From the NCBI GenBank assembly GCA_965649105.1, contig CBFGJP010000004.1:1-58035 (forward strand): a DNA stretch of 58,035 nucleotides, read 5' to 3'. Positions 40,317 through 50,647 of this stretch are shown piece after piece; positions within the stretch are counted from its first letter, which is position 1; every line of letters starts with the position of its first letter. The stretch comes from a candidate division WOR-3 bacterium (GTDB taxonomy: Bacteria > Hydrothermota > Tepidihabitantia > SM23-42 > JAOAFX01). Under the pieces are notes generated by a model that worked only from the letters and a program-made list of their open reading frames with translations, was not told where the DNA came from and did not search any database. The translations under genes and the position numbers were made by a program.

Positions 40317-40778
40317 ATGAAAAATATTAATAATGTCATCGAGCAATATAATAAAAAAGAGATAGACCTTATTCAAGTTTTACACAATATCCAAAATGAA
40401 TATAATTATTTACCTAAAGAAGTGCTTGAATATATTTCAAGGGCGTTGCATATTCCCTTGAGCAAGATTTATAGTATTGCAACATTTTACGCTGCATTCA
40501 GTCTTGTTCCCAGGGGCAAACATCTCTGCACAGTTTGTATGGGAACTGCCTGCCATGTGCGTGGTGCACCAGCAGTATTGAGCAGAATTGAGGAGCGATT
40601 GAATATAAAAGCCGGAGAGACTACTCCTGATAATCATTTTACCCTTGAGACCGTCAATTGCCTCGGTGCCTGTGCATTAGCACCGATTGTGGTTATTGAT
40701 GGTGAGTATCATGGGCAGACAACTGTTAATAAAGTTGATAAATTATTAGAAAAATATGTCAAAGAAGAAAAAGGATAA
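40317..40778 (+). CDS. nuoE: NuoE/HydC-like [2Fe-2S] subunit (BfuC)
   Basis: ATFY, VCMGTACHVRGA, VNCLGACALAP. Start at ATG 40317 follows TTGATT-N16-TAAAAT (40281-40308). Confidence 0.9.
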   Translation: MKNINNVIEQYNKKEIDLIQVLHNIQNEYNYLPKEVLEYISRALHIPLSKIYSIATFYAAFSLVPRGKHLCTVCMGTACHVRGAPAVLSRIEERLNIKAGETTPDNHFTLETVNCLGACALAPIVVIDGEYHGQTTVNKVDKLLEKYVKEEKG

Positions 40779-42585
40779 GGGCTTTAGATTAGACCTGCTT
40801 ATCTGTGCCGGTACTGGTTGCGTTTCAAACCGTTCATTTGTTGTAAAAGAGGCACTGGAAAAAGAAATTGCAAAACGGGGACTCCAGGAAGAGGTCAGGG
40901 TGATTGCTACTGGTTGTCAGGGATTTTGTGAGCGCGGTCCAATTGTGATTGCACAGCCAGATTCAATCTTTTATCAAAGGGTTACTGAAAAGGATGTGCC
41001 ATACCTCGTTGAGGAACATCTTATCAAGGGCAGGCCCGCAAAGAAGTTGATGTATGTGCCCGAGAAAGAGGCTTTGCCTGTTCCCAAAATGTCTGATATT
41101 GGGTTTTTCAAACACCAGCGGCTTATTGTTTTGCGAAATCGGGGAAGGCTTGATCCTGAAAATATTGAAGAATATATCGCATTTGACGGCTATCAGGCCC
41201 TCCAGAAGGTTTTGTCCTCAATGAAACCTGAGCAGGTTATTGAAGAGATTAAGAAATCGGGCCTGAGGGGCAGGGGTGGTGCAGGATTCCCTACCGGTAA
41301 AAAATGGGAATTATGCCGTGCCGCTGAAGGACACCCCAAATATATAATCTGTAATGGTGATGAAGGTGACCCTGGTGCATTTATGGATAGAAGTGTCCTG
41401 GAAGCAGACCCGCATTCGGTTATTGAAGGTATGCTTATTGGTGCCTATGCAATTGGAGCCCAGAAAGGATTTATCTATGTTAGAAAAGAATATCCTCTCG
41501 CGGTAAAAAGGGTACAGATTGCCCTTAAACAGGCACTTGATTATGGTTTACTCGGTGAGGATATCTTGGGAACCGGTTTCAATTTCAATATTGATGTTGT
41601 TCAGGGAGCAGGTGCATTTGTCTGTGGTGAAGAGACCGCATTGATGGCAGCGATTGAAGGCAGGGTGGGAAGGCCGAGGACAAGGCCACCTTATCCAGTA
41701 GAAAAAGGATTATGGGGTAAACCAACAAATATTAATAATGTAGAGACCTGGGCGAATGTTCCCGTAATTATCCTGCGCGGTGCTGATTGGTTTGCTTCAA
41801 TCGGGACTAAAAATAGTAAAGGAACAAAGATATTCTCCCTTGTGGGCAAGATAAACAATACCGGACTCGTGGAGGTGCCAATGGGGATAACCCTGCGTGA
41901 GATAATCTATGAAATTGGTGGGGGTATTCCTAATAATAAAGAATTCAAGGCAGTACAGACCGGTGGACCATCTGGCGGTTGTATACCCAAGGAACATCTT
42001 GATCTTCCGATAGATTATGAAAGTCTGACCGCGGTCGGTTCAATGATGGGTTCAGGTGGTATGATTGTAATGGATGATGATACCTGTATGGTGGATGTGG
42101 CAAGGTACTTTTTGAACTTTACCCAGCAGGAATCCTGTGGAAAGTGCGTTCCGTGCAGACTTGGAACAAAACAGATGGTTGAGATTTTAAATCGCATAGT
42201 TGAAGGAAAGGGTAGAGAAGACGATATTGATTTACTTGAAGCGATGGGCAGGAATGTAAAATTAGGTTCTTTATGTGGCCTTGGTCAGACCGCGCCCAAT
42301 CCAGTTTTGACAACAATTAAATATTTCAAAGATGAATATATTGCCCATATTAAAGAAAAGAAGTGTCCGGCACTCGTTTGCAAGGCACTCATCTCTTATG
42401 TGATTGACCCTGATTTATGTACTGGCTGTGTTGCCTGTGCCAAGAACTGTCCGACAAAGGCAATCACAGGTGAACCTAAGAAAGTCCATAAAATTGACCA
42501 ATCAAAATGTATCAAGTGCGGAATCTGTCTTTCAGTGTGTCCGCCCAAATTTAATGCGGTAAAGAAGGTGACACCGGCATTATGA
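40756..42585 (+). CDS. nuoF: NuoF/HydB-like NADH/FMN subunit with N-terminal [2Fe-2S] and C-terminal 2x[4Fe-4S] domains (BfuB)
   Basis: GLRGRGGAGFP, GDEGDPGAFMDR, GAFVCGEETAL, ESCGKCVPCR, CTGCVACAKNCP and CIKCGICLSVCP. Confidence 0.93.
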   Translation: MSKKKKDKGFRLDLLICAGTGCVSNRSFVVKEALEKEIAKRGLQEEVRVIATGCQGFCERGPIVIAQPDSIFYQRVTEKDVPYLVEEHLIKGRPAKKLMYVPEKEALPVPKMSDIGFFKHQRLIVLRNRGRLDPENIEEYIAFDGYQALQKVLSSMKPEQVIEEIKKSGLRGRGGAGFPTGKKWELCRAAEGHPKYIICNGDEGDPGAFMDRSVLEADPHSVIEGMLIGAYAIGAQKGFIYVRKEYPLAVKRVQIALKQALDYGLLGEDILGTGFNFNIDVVQGAGAFVCGEETALMAAIEGRVGRPRTRPPYPVEKGLWGKPTNINNVETWANVPVIILRGADWFASIGTKNSKGTKIFSLVGKINNTGLVEVPMGITLREIIYEIGGGIPNNKEFKAVQTGGPSGGCIPKEHLDLPIDYESLTAVGSMMGSGGMIVMDDDTCMVDVARYFLNFTQQESCGKCVPCRLGTKQMVEILNRIVEGKGREDDIDLLEAMGRNVKLGSLCGLGQTAPNPVLTTIKYFKDEYIAHIKEKKCPALVCKALISYVIDPDLCTGCVACAKNCPTKAITGEPKKVHKIDQSKCIKCGICLSVCPPKFNAVKKVTPAL

Positions 42586-42736
42586 ACAGAATTTTAATCG
42601 TTTTAAGTTATACGGTTTGGAAGTTCGTTCCAACTATTGTCTATAGTGCGTGGTTAGAAAAAACGAACAACAAAACCCATAGCGTTTACGGATTACAATA
42701 CCTTTATACGATATATAACCAACAGGTATCAAGAAT

Positions 42737-44926
42737 ATGATTACAATTAAAATAAACGATAAGGAATTTGCAGCAAAAAAAGGTGAGACAGTTTTAGAGG
42801 TATGCCGTCGTGAAGGTATATATATTCCTACCCTTTGTTATCAGGAGAACTTAACTCCTTATGGTGGTTGCAGGTTATGTATTGTAGAGGTTGAGGGTAA
42901 TCCAAGACCACTGACCGCCTGCACATTGCCGGTACAGGATGAAATGGTGATAAAGACTGATACCCCGCTCCTTCGGGAAATTCGCAAATTTACCCTCCAG
43001 TTGATACTTTCTGAACATCCATACTCCTGTTTGATTTGTGACAAGACAAAGGACTGTGCAAATTATATGGAGTGCATTGAAAAAGAGCCAATAACATTTG
43101 GCTGTAAATATTGCCCGGCAAATGGTTCCTGTGAACTTCAGAGACTCGTTGAGGAATTCGGGATAAAAGAAATTCCTTTCTCCTTTAAATATAGAAATAT
43201 TCCGGTTGAAGACTATGACCCATTCTTTGAGCGGGATTATAATCTATGTATCCTCTGTGGCCGGTGTGTGCGTGCCTGTGCAGAGTTGAGACAGGCTTAT
43301 GTGATTGATTTTCACCATCGCGGTCCCAAGACCCTTGTGGGAACGCCTTTTGGTCTGTCGCACATTGAGGCAAACTGCCAATTCTGTGGTGCCTGTGTTG
43401 ATGCCTGTCCGACCGGGGCAATGCGCGAACGGTATAATAAATATCTCGGTAAATGTGAAAGAGAAATTAAAACCCATTGTATGCTCTGTAGTATGGGTTG
43501 TGAGATAGTTGCCGATGTGAGTGAGAATGGATTAATCAGGACAAGGGCTGATAAAGAACCGCTATGTGTCAGAGGTCGTTTTGGGATTGTGCCGATTGTT
43601 AATCATCCAAAGAGGGTAACCACCCCGCTGGTAAAAAGGAATGGTCAACTTATAGAAATTTCTTATGATGAAGCTATTGAGATTGCTGGAAATATTCTGA
43701 AAGAATATCAGGGAAAGACCGGTGTTATTTTCTCTCCAGACTTGACGATGGAGGCTATAACTGCATTGGATACATTTTCGGAGATAATAGGGGTTGAAGA
43801 GTTGGGCGCCGAAATAAACCAATCGGAAAGTTTTGATGAGATCTGTCTTGATCGGCCGGAAAAAAAGATTACACTTTTTGTGCTCAATGTTGACCTGATA
43901 AATGATTTTTCGGTCTTTTTATTAAGTTTAAGGAAATTTTTGAATGAAAAGCCAATCATAATTGTTGTTGACCCGATTCAAACAAAGATAGCGGATTTTG
44001 CCGATTTATGGTTAAGACCCGAACCCGGAAATGAATGGCCGGTTCTTGAGCGGTTATTGTCTTCAGATAAATTTACTGATTTTGCAGGTGTTAAAAAGCA
44101 GGAATTTATTGATGCAAAACGTTTAATCAAAAATAGGGAAGTCTGTGTTCTATACAATCCGAATAATATTATGGAATATAAGTGGGGAAATAATTTAAAA
44201 TGTTTTCCGCTGGTCAGCAATCCGAATCACACATTTTTAAGTAAGTCAAACATATTAAAGGCTTCAGATATTATAAATAATGGTGCGATTGAATGCCTTT
44301 ACCTTATCGGTGCGACAATTCCCAGGACAAAGAAATACAAAAAGGTCATTGTGCAGGACTGCTTTTTACCGGATTTTGATTTTGATCTGTTTTTACCTTC
44401 CGCAACATTTATGGAAATTGACGGAAGTTTTATTGATATCAAGGGAAAAGAAAAGAGATTGCATAAGGTCATTGAACCAAAAGGTAGTTCACGACCTGAT
44501 GAATTGATAATAAAAAGTATTATGGAAAGAATGGATTTTGAACAAATTAAAGACAAGGTTGCTTCAAATATCAATGTTTCTGAGGGTAAAAAAGATAAGG
44601 CAAAAAGCATAACGCCCATAAAAGATTATCCATTCTATCTGATTGTCAGGGAAAATGGATTCAGATTTAGAGGCAAGAGATTGTCAGATATTTTGACCGG
44701 ATTTAAAAGAGTGCATCAGGATAGAGTCTTATGGTTTAATCCCGCGGATGCCCAAAGATTGAATTTAGCAAATGGAATGAAGGCGAAGATCGTGGGCGAA
44801 GAATTTGAGAGTGAGTTAGAAGTTTTGACTACAGAAAGAGTTCCCGCGGGTTGTGTATTTGCGTATTATGACCGTTTGAATGGACTGACTCAGAGTCAAA
44901 TGGTGAGGATAGAATGTATAAGATAA
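42737..44926 (+). CDS. NuoG/FdhA-like FeS subunit with degenerate molybdopterin-oxidoreductase domain (BfuA)
   Basis: PTLC...CRLC...TAC, SEH..CLIC, CILCGRCVRAC, CQFCGACVDACP, CMLCSMGC...LCVRG; shortened Mo-bisPGD-fold C-terminus; no H-cluster motifs. Confidence 0.85.
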   Translation: MITIKINDKEFAAKKGETVLEVCRREGIYIPTLCYQENLTPYGGCRLCIVEVEGNPRPLTACTLPVQDEMVIKTDTPLLREIRKFTLQLILSEHPYSCLICDKTKDCANYMECIEKEPITFGCKYCPANGSCELQRLVEEFGIKEIPFSFKYRNIPVEDYDPFFERDYNLCILCGRCVRACAELRQAYVIDFHHRGPKTLVGTPFGLSHIEANCQFCGACVDACPTGAMRERYNKYLGKCEREIKTHCMLCSMGCEIVADVSENGLIRTRADKEPLCVRGRFGIVPIVNHPKRVTTPLVKRNGQLIEISYDEAIEIAGNILKEYQGKTGVIFSPDLTMEAITALDTFSEIIGVEELGAEINQSESFDEICLDRPEKKITLFVLNVDLINDFSVFLLSLRKFLNEKPIIIVVDPIQTKIADFADLWLRPEPGNEWPVLERLLSSDKFTDFAGVKKQEFIDAKRLIKNREVCVLYNPNNIMEYKWGNNLKCFPLVSNPNHTFLSKSNILKASDIINNGAIECLYLIGATIPRTKKYKKVIVQDCFLPDFDFDLFLPSATFMEIDGSFIDIKGKEKRLHKVIEPKGSSRPDELIIKSIMERMDFEQIKDKVASNINVSEGKKDKAKSITPIKDYPFYLIVRENGFRFRGKRLSDILTGFKRVHQDRVLWFNPADAQRLNLANGMKAKIVGEEFESELEVLTTERVPAGCVFAYYDRLNGLTQSQMVRIECIR

Positions 44927-44955
44927 AATACTTAATTTTCTCAGCAGGGTGATTT

Positions 44956-45780
44956 ATGGTAAAAATTTTAAAGAAAGAATTACTTGCCCCTAACATTCAT
45001 TATATGGTGCTTGAATCAGATGTTATCCATTTGAATGCAAAGGCAGGGGAATTTGTTGTGGTTCGTGCGGATGAGTTTGGTGAGCGTATACCATTAAATC
45101 TTGTTGAATGGGATGAACATTCGGCAAGCGTAGTGTTTATGGAGGTGGGAACTTCAACAAGAAAACTGGGTTGTCTGAAATCGGGTGATTCAATTGCCGA
45201 TCTTGCGGGACCGCTGGGTAGACCAACTGAGATGGTGGATGGGAAGAGGATATTTTGTATTGGTGGATGTTATGGTATCGGTGCACTTTATCCCGTAATA
45301 AGGGCATTCAAGGGCAATAATAATAAGGTTATCACCGCGATTGAAGCAAGGAGTAGTTTCCTGCTCTACTGGCAGGAGAAATTGAAAGAATACAGTGATG
45401 AAATTTTTGAAATAACCCGTGATGGAACAAAGGGTTATGCAGGACATATTGATAAATTTTTAAATGATTATCTTTCAAAATATCAAATAGATATGGTTTA
45501 TGCACAGGGATGCACATATCTTACCTACCTTGTTTCGCAGACGACCAGACCTTTTGGGATAAAGACGATTGTTGGTTTGAATCCAATTATGATTGATGCA
45601 ACAGGAATGTGTGGTGTCTGCCGTGTGATCGTAAATGGTGAGACAAAATTTGCCTGTGTTGATGGTCCTGAATTTGATGGGCACACCGTTGATTGGCAGA
45701 ATCTTCTTACCCGAAGGCATATCTACATAACTGAAGAAAGAAGGTCATTAAGCTTTTATGAGTGTGAGAAATATGGATAG
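44956..45780 (+). CDS. nfnA: NfnA/SudB-like ferredoxin-NADP reductase small subunit
   Basis: GERIPL, GPLGRP, IGGCYG, NPIMIDATGMCGVCRV...KFACVDGPEFDGH. Confidence 0.9.
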   Translation: MVKILKKELLAPNIHYMVLESDVIHLNAKAGEFVVVRADEFGERIPLNLVEWDEHSASVVFMEVGTSTRKLGCLKSGDSIADLAGPLGRPTEMVDGKRIFCIGGCYGIGALYPVIRAFKGNNNKVITAIEARSSFLLYWQEKLKEYSDEIFEITRDGTKGYAGHIDKFLNDYLSKYQIDMVYAQGCTYLTYLVSQTTRPFGIKTIVGLNPIMIDATGMCGVCRVIVNGETKFACVDGPEFDGHTVDWQNLLTRRHIYITEERRSLSFYECEKYG

Positions 45781-45900
45781 CAAATTAAATTCCAAATTTC
45801 AAATCTCAAATCCCGAACAATATTTAAATCCCAAATTTAAAAATTTTTTGTATTATGACTTGATTTTAGTTTGGTCATTGATGCTTGGGATTTGGGATTT
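45781..45900. repeat. Degenerate heptamer array forming an imperfect palindrome between nfnA and nfnB
   Basis: Left arm has (T/C)CAAAT-type units (TTCCAAA TTTCAAA TCTCAAA TCCC); right arm has complementary TTGGGAT TTGGGAT units. Confidence 0.7.
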
Positions 45901-45918
45901 TTTTATGGAGAATATTTT

Positions 45919-47319
45919 ATGCCTGAAAAGATAATTCCTAAGAAAACCCCGATGCGGGAGCAGTTACCTAAAGAACGGATAAAGAATTTTAATGAAGTGC
46001 CTTATGGATATAGTCCTGAAGAGGCGATCGCCGAAGCCAAAAGATGCCTTCAATGTAAAAAGGCACCCTGTGTTTCAGGCTGCCCAGTAGAGATTGATAT
46101 ACCCGGATTTATTAAATTTATTGCTGAAGGAGATTTCAAATCTGCAATAAAGAGATTGAAAGAGAAGAATGTCCTGCCCGCAGTATGTGGTAGGGTTTGC
46201 CCGCAGGAGACACAGTGTGAACAGGTTTGTACCCTGGCGAAAAAGTTTGAACCGGTGGCAATTGGAAGGCTTGAACGATTTGCGGCTGATTATGAAGCAT
46301 CCCAGGGTGAGGCACCATTGCCTGAACCGGCAAAACCCACGGGCAAAAAGGTGGCGGTGATAGGTTCGGGACCTGGTGGATTGACCGTAGCAGGTGATTT
46401 AATAAGGTTTGGACATTCAGTTACAATATTTGAGGCATTGCATAAACCTGGTGGTGTGCTTGTCTATGGTATTCCTGAATTCCGTCTGCCCAAGGTGATA
46501 GTTTACCGAGAAGTTGATTATCTAATCAGATGTGGTGTGAAACTTGTTCTGAATTTTATCGTTGGTAAAACCGCGACGATTGAACAGTTGCTGAAGGAAT
46601 TTGATGCAGTATATATTGGCACGGGTGCCGGACTGCCCTGGTTTATGAATATCCCAGGTGAGAATCTAAATGGAGTTTATTCAGCGAATGAGTATTTAAC
46701 CCGTTCAAACTTGATGAAGGCATATTTATTCCCTGAGTATGATACACCGATTGTGCGGGGGAAAAAGGTTGCAGTTGTGGGCGGTGGAAATGTCGCAATG
46801 GATTGTGCAAGGACCGCATTGAGACTCGGCGCAGATGAAGTGCATATTGTTTACCGCCGTAGTAAACAGGAGATGCCGGCACGTGCAGAAGAGATTCATC
46901 ATGCCGAAGAGGAGGGTGTTGTATTTGATTGGCTGACTCTACCTATCAGGTATATTGGAGATGAGAATGGCTGGGTAAAGGAGATGGAATGTATCAAAAT
47001 GCAACTCGGTGAGCCCGATGCAACAGGTAGAAGAAAACCCGTACCCATAGAAGGTTCCAATTTTATCACACCTATTGATACAGTGATTTGTGCAATCGGC
47101 CAGAGCCCAAATCCTTTGATTCCCCAGACAACACCGGATTTAAAGGTGGCGAAATGGGGAAATATTGAGGTGGATAAGGCAACAATGAAGACATCAAAGC
47201 CGCGTTGCTGGGCAGGTGGTGATGTGGTGAGGGGTGGGGCAACCGTAATACTGGCAATGGGTGATGCCCGTATTGCTGCGCGGTCAATAGATGAATTTCT
47301 AAGAACCGGCGTCTGGTAA
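45919..47319 (+). CDS. nfnB: NfnB/SudA (GltD-like) NADPH-dependent flavoprotein large subunit
   Basis: EAKRCLQC..PCVSGCP, CGRVCPQETQCE, GSGPGG, YGIPEFRLPK, GGGNVAMD, GGDVVRGGATVILA. Start at ATG 45919 after a GGAG RBS. Confidence 0.92.
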   Translation: MPEKIIPKKTPMREQLPKERIKNFNEVPYGYSPEEAIAEAKRCLQCKKAPCVSGCPVEIDIPGFIKFIAEGDFKSAIKRLKEKNVLPAVCGRVCPQETQCEQVCTLAKKFEPVAIGRLERFAADYEASQGEAPLPEPAKPTGKKVAVIGSGPGGLTVAGDLIRFGHSVTIFEALHKPGGVLVYGIPEFRLPKVIVYREVDYLIRCGVKLVLNFIVGKTATIEQLLKEFDAVYIGTGAGLPWFMNIPGENLNGVYSANEYLTRSNLMKAYLFPEYDTPIVRGKKVAVVGGGNVAMDCARTALRLGADEVHIVYRRSKQEMPARAEEIHHAEEEGVVFDWLTLPIRYIGDENGWVKEMECIKMQLGEPDATGRRKPVPIEGSNFITPIDTVICAIGQSPNPLIPQTTPDLKVAKWGNIEVDKATMKTSKPRCWAGGDVVRGGATVILAMGDARIAARSIDEFLRTGVW

Positions 47320-47464
47320 ATTTTATCTTTGCCAATTCCTTACTGGTCGTTTCTTCACACTGCCCTATATTGAATATTGCAAAATATAATGAAGCGCAGA
47401 TATTAATACCTTAATGTAGTATATAAAAATAAAGTATCAAGGTGGGTATTTAATAATTAAGTAC

Positions 47465-47492
47465 TTGATTTTATGTGTGATATGTGTATAAT
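47465..47492 (+). promoter_or_regulatory. Sigma70-like promoter for the efflux operon
   Basis: TTGATT-N16-TATAAT, 10 nt before the ATG at 47503. Confidence 0.6.
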
Positions 47493-47502
47493 TTAAAATT
47501 GT

Positions 47503-48741
47503 ATGTGGCTGATAATTACCTTACTATCTCAATGTGATACACTGTCGCTTCAGGATGCGATTGACATTGCTTTCAGACAGAGCCCCACTTATTTAGAGTC
47601 AAGAGAAACATTGGCAAAGTCCAGGGTTCAGTTTTTCAAGGCACTCTCTTATCTACTGCCGACAAATACCACAACCGGGTCCTGGATTAAGAGTGAATAC
47701 AGGAATTTCATCACTAAACATTATACCGGTTCTATTAACTTCTCAATGCCGATTTTTGACCTTGATGTAATAAGTTCAATTGTTGTTGCAAAAGGGCAGG
47801 AAAAGGGTACTTCAATCCAGCATAATCAGGATATCGCAAATCTTATTTTAAATATAAAGAAATCATATTACAGTCTTATTACAGCAAATGAATTATTAAA
47901 TTCGTCCCAGAAGACACTTGAACGGGCAATGGAGAATAAAAAACTCGTTGAAACAAAATACGAACTCGGTTCAGCATCACGACTTGAACTACTCCAGGCT
48001 GAGGTCTTTTACCTCCAGACCCTTCAAAGCAATTCTCAGGCAAAGACCCTTGAGGCACAGGCACAGCAGGAGTTAAAATCATTGCTCAATATTCAGGTTC
48101 AGATTTTTCCCAGTGATTCTTTTATTATCCCTGATACATTCACCCTGCCTTCGCTGGATTCATTAAGAGAAATATTATTGAAGGCAAACTTAGGAATTAA
48201 ATTATCAAAACAGATGAAGAGCCTTGCCTGTGCAAACCTATGGTTTTCCATATTTGGTTTTATGCCAAGGATTTCAATTTTTTATGGATATAACACAAGC
48301 GTTGATTCTTTTGCCCTTGATTTTGACTATCTCAAGGATAATACAACAAAGAATTATGGAATAAATATCAGTTTTCCGATATTTGAAATTAAGACATTGA
48401 TATTTAATTATGTCACCGCAAAGAAGGATTTAAAGATAAAAAAATACAGTATGAAAAAGACGATCCTTGAATCGGAGAAGGCATTATATACGAGTTATTA
48501 TAGTTTAAAGGAGGCAATTGATAATTTAAAATTTGCCAAAAAGAGTTTAGAACTTGCTGAAGAGGCGATTATTATCGCGCGTGAGCAATACACGCTCGGT
48601 GTGATTTCATTTTTAGATTTACTGCGCACCGAAGAGGATTATTATAATGCCCGGGTGAATCTGGTCCAGGCATTAAATGGCTATTATCTCCAGCAATCGA
48701 CCCTTTCATATCTATTGGGCAATATAATTATGCAGGAGTAA
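47503..48741 (+). CDS. TolC family outer membrane efflux protein
   Basis: LSLQDAI, YELGSASRLELLQAE and YTLGVISFLDLL OEP repeats. Confidence 0.92.
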   Translation: MWLIITLLSQCDTLSLQDAIDIAFRQSPTYLESRETLAKSRVQFFKALSYLLPTNTTTGSWIKSEYRNFITKHYTGSINFSMPIFDLDVISSIVVAKGQEKGTSIQHNQDIANLILNIKKSYYSLITANELLNSSQKTLERAMENKKLVETKYELGSASRLELLQAEVFYLQTLQSNSQAKTLEAQAQQELKSLLNIQVQIFPSDSFIIPDTFTLPSLDSLREILLKANLGIKLSKQMKSLACANLWFSIFGFMPRISIFYGYNTSVDSFALDFDYLKDNTTKNYGINISFPIFEIKTLIFNYVTAKKDLKIKKYSMKKTILESEKALYTSYYSLKEAIDNLKFAKKSLELAEEAIIIAREQYTLGVISFLDLLRTEEDYYNARVNLVQALNGYYLQQSTLSYLLGNIIMQE

Positions 48742-48743
48742 AA

Positions 48744-49838
48744 ATGAAAAAAATATTTATAATAGTGGGATTTATAATTATTGTGCTTCTGATTGTAGTC
48801 CTTAATCTCACCCAGAAGTCGGGTGGAGAAAGTGTGGAGGTTGAGATTGCAAAAAAAGGAGAGATTGTATCAAGGGTGAGTGCAGATGGTGAATTGAAGG
48901 CAAAATCTCAGGTTGATATCTCGGCAGAGACCATTGGTAGAATAAAAAGAATCTATTATAAAGAAGGCGACTTTGTGAAAAGGGGCAGTTTACTGATTGA
49001 AATTGATGATACACAGGCTAAGGCGAATTATAAATTGTCTGAGGTGAGATTAAAACAGGCAGAGCAGGTATTTGATAGAACCAAGAGCCTCTATGAAAAA
49101 GGGTTGATAAGTAAGGAAAATTTTGAAAATGCTGAATTGAGTTATGAATCAGCAAAGGCAACCTACCAGCAGGCGCTTGATACATATAAGAAGACAAAGA
49201 TATATGCACCCATATCCGGCAGGATAATGAAATTGAATATTGAAGAAGGCGAGACAGCGGTGATGGGGACTTTGAATTATGCAGGGACAGTCCTGGCGAC
49301 GATCGCTGATATGTCAAGGATGATTGCGGTTGTGAAGATTGATGAGACTGAAGTTCCTCAGGTAAAGACAGGACAGGAGGCAGAGGTGATAGCCGATGCC
49401 TTACCTGATTCAACTTTCAAGGGTGTAGTAACAAAGGTGGGTTTGATGCCGATAACTTCAATAGCAACTACGACAGAAAAGGCGACCGATTTTGAAGTAG
49501 AGATTGAGTTGAAGGATTTCTCCGCAAGTTTGAGACCGGGTATGAATGTGAAGGCAGATATAGTTACCAGCAGGAAGTTTGATGTTCTAATCGTTCCAAT
49601 TCAGGCAGTGGGGAAGAGAAAGATAAAGGATAAGATGGCAGAATCAATTTTTGTTGTAGAGAATAAAAGGGCAGTCTTAAAAGAGATTCAAACGGGTATA
49701 TCAAGTGATAAAGAGATAGAGATAATTTCGGGGATTAATGAAGGAGATACCATTATCGTTGGGCCATATCGTGTGCTCTCAAAATTGAAAGACGGCACAA
49801 GGGTGGATTTCAAGGAAGTAGAAAAAACAAATGAGTAG
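48744..49838 (+). CDS. MacA-like periplasmic adaptor (RND/HlyD family)
   Basis: TM anchor, lipoyl halves (GRIKRIYYKEGDFVKRG; IYAPISG), LRPGM. Confidence 0.93.
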   Translation: MKKIFIIVGFIIIVLLIVVLNLTQKSGGESVEVEIAKKGEIVSRVSADGELKAKSQVDISAETIGRIKRIYYKEGDFVKRGSLLIEIDDTQAKANYKLSEVRLKQAEQVFDRTKSLYEKGLISKENFENAELSYESAKATYQQALDTYKKTKIYAPISGRIMKLNIEEGETAVMGTLNYAGTVLATIADMSRMIAVVKIDETEVPQVKTGQEAEVIADALPDSTFKGVVTKVGLMPITSIATTTEKATDFEVEIELKDFSASLRPGMNVKADIVTSRKFDVLIVPIQAVGKRKIKDKMAESIFVVENKRAVLKEIQTGISSDKEIEIISGINEGDTIIVGPYRVLSKLKDGTRVDFKEVEKTNE

Positions 49839-49978
49839 GAATTCTATAAGGTTAGTTTTCTGTGATATTTTTGCCTCAATGGAAATTTGTTCTCAAAGAA
49901 AAGAATACCATAGACATTCTACGATAGACGATACAGGCAGCGATACCGTAAAACGATTCACCAGTAACTTTTAATAGC

Positions 49979-50647
49979 ATGCTTTGCAAAGCGATTGATA
50001 TTTACAAAAAGTATAGCCTGGGCAAGGTTGAGGTTGAGGCACTCAGAGGGGTGAGTCTGGAGATTGGTGAAAATGAATATATTTCCATTATGGGTCCTTC
50101 AGGTTCAGGAAAATCAACACTGATGCATATACTTGGCTGCCTTGATACACCAACCCGGGGCGATTATTTTTTTGAAGATAGAAAAGTTTCTGATTATTCT
50201 GATGTAGAACTCGCCAGGGTTAGAAACAGATATATCGGATTTGTCTTCCAAAATTTCAATCTTTTACCCCGTCTCTCAGCCCTTGAAAATGTCGCATTGC
50301 CTTTGATATATGCAGGTGTTAATAAAAAAGAGAGGCACAAGCGCTCGGAAGAGATTTTAAAAAAGATCGGACTGGGTCAGAGGATGAAACACAGACCTAA
50401 TGAATTGTCCGGTGGTGAGTGCCAGAGGGTGGCGATAGCCCGTGCCTTGATAAATAATCCAAAGATTATCTTCGCTGATGAGCCAACCGGGAATCTTGAT
50501 ACAAAGACCGGAAGAGAGATTATGGAACTATTTGATAATTTGCATAGTGAAGGGCATACCGTAGTCCTTGTCACCCACGACCCGAATATCGCTGCTCATG
50601 CAAAAAGGATTATTAAACTCATTGATGGAAGGGTTGCAGATGAGTAA
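49979..50647 (+). CDS. MacB/LolD-type ABC ATP-binding protein
   Basis: GPSGSGKST, LSGGECQRVAIARAL, FADEPTGNLD, VTHD. Confidence 0.95.
   Translation: MLCKAIDIYKKYSLGKVEVEALRGVSLEIGENEYISIMGPSGSGKSTLMHILGCLDTPTRGDYFFEDRKVSDYSDVELARVRNRYIGFVFQNFNLLPRLSALENVALPLIYAGVNKKERHKRSEEILKKIGLGQRMKHRPNELSGGECQRVAIARALINNPKIIFADEPTGNLDTKTGREIMELFDNLHSEGHTVVLVTHDPNIAAHAKRIIKLIDGRVADE

Noticed and set aside
40317-44926. Respiratory complex I, [FeFe]-hydrogenase or formate dehydrogenase
   Set aside because: No membrane Nuo genes, no H-cluster motifs, and the Mo domain is shortened with no recognisable catalytic Cys/Sec-His segment.
45919-47319. Glutamate synthase small subunit
   Set aside because: No gltB nearby, and the upstream gene is a clear NfnA/SudB, so NfnB fits better.
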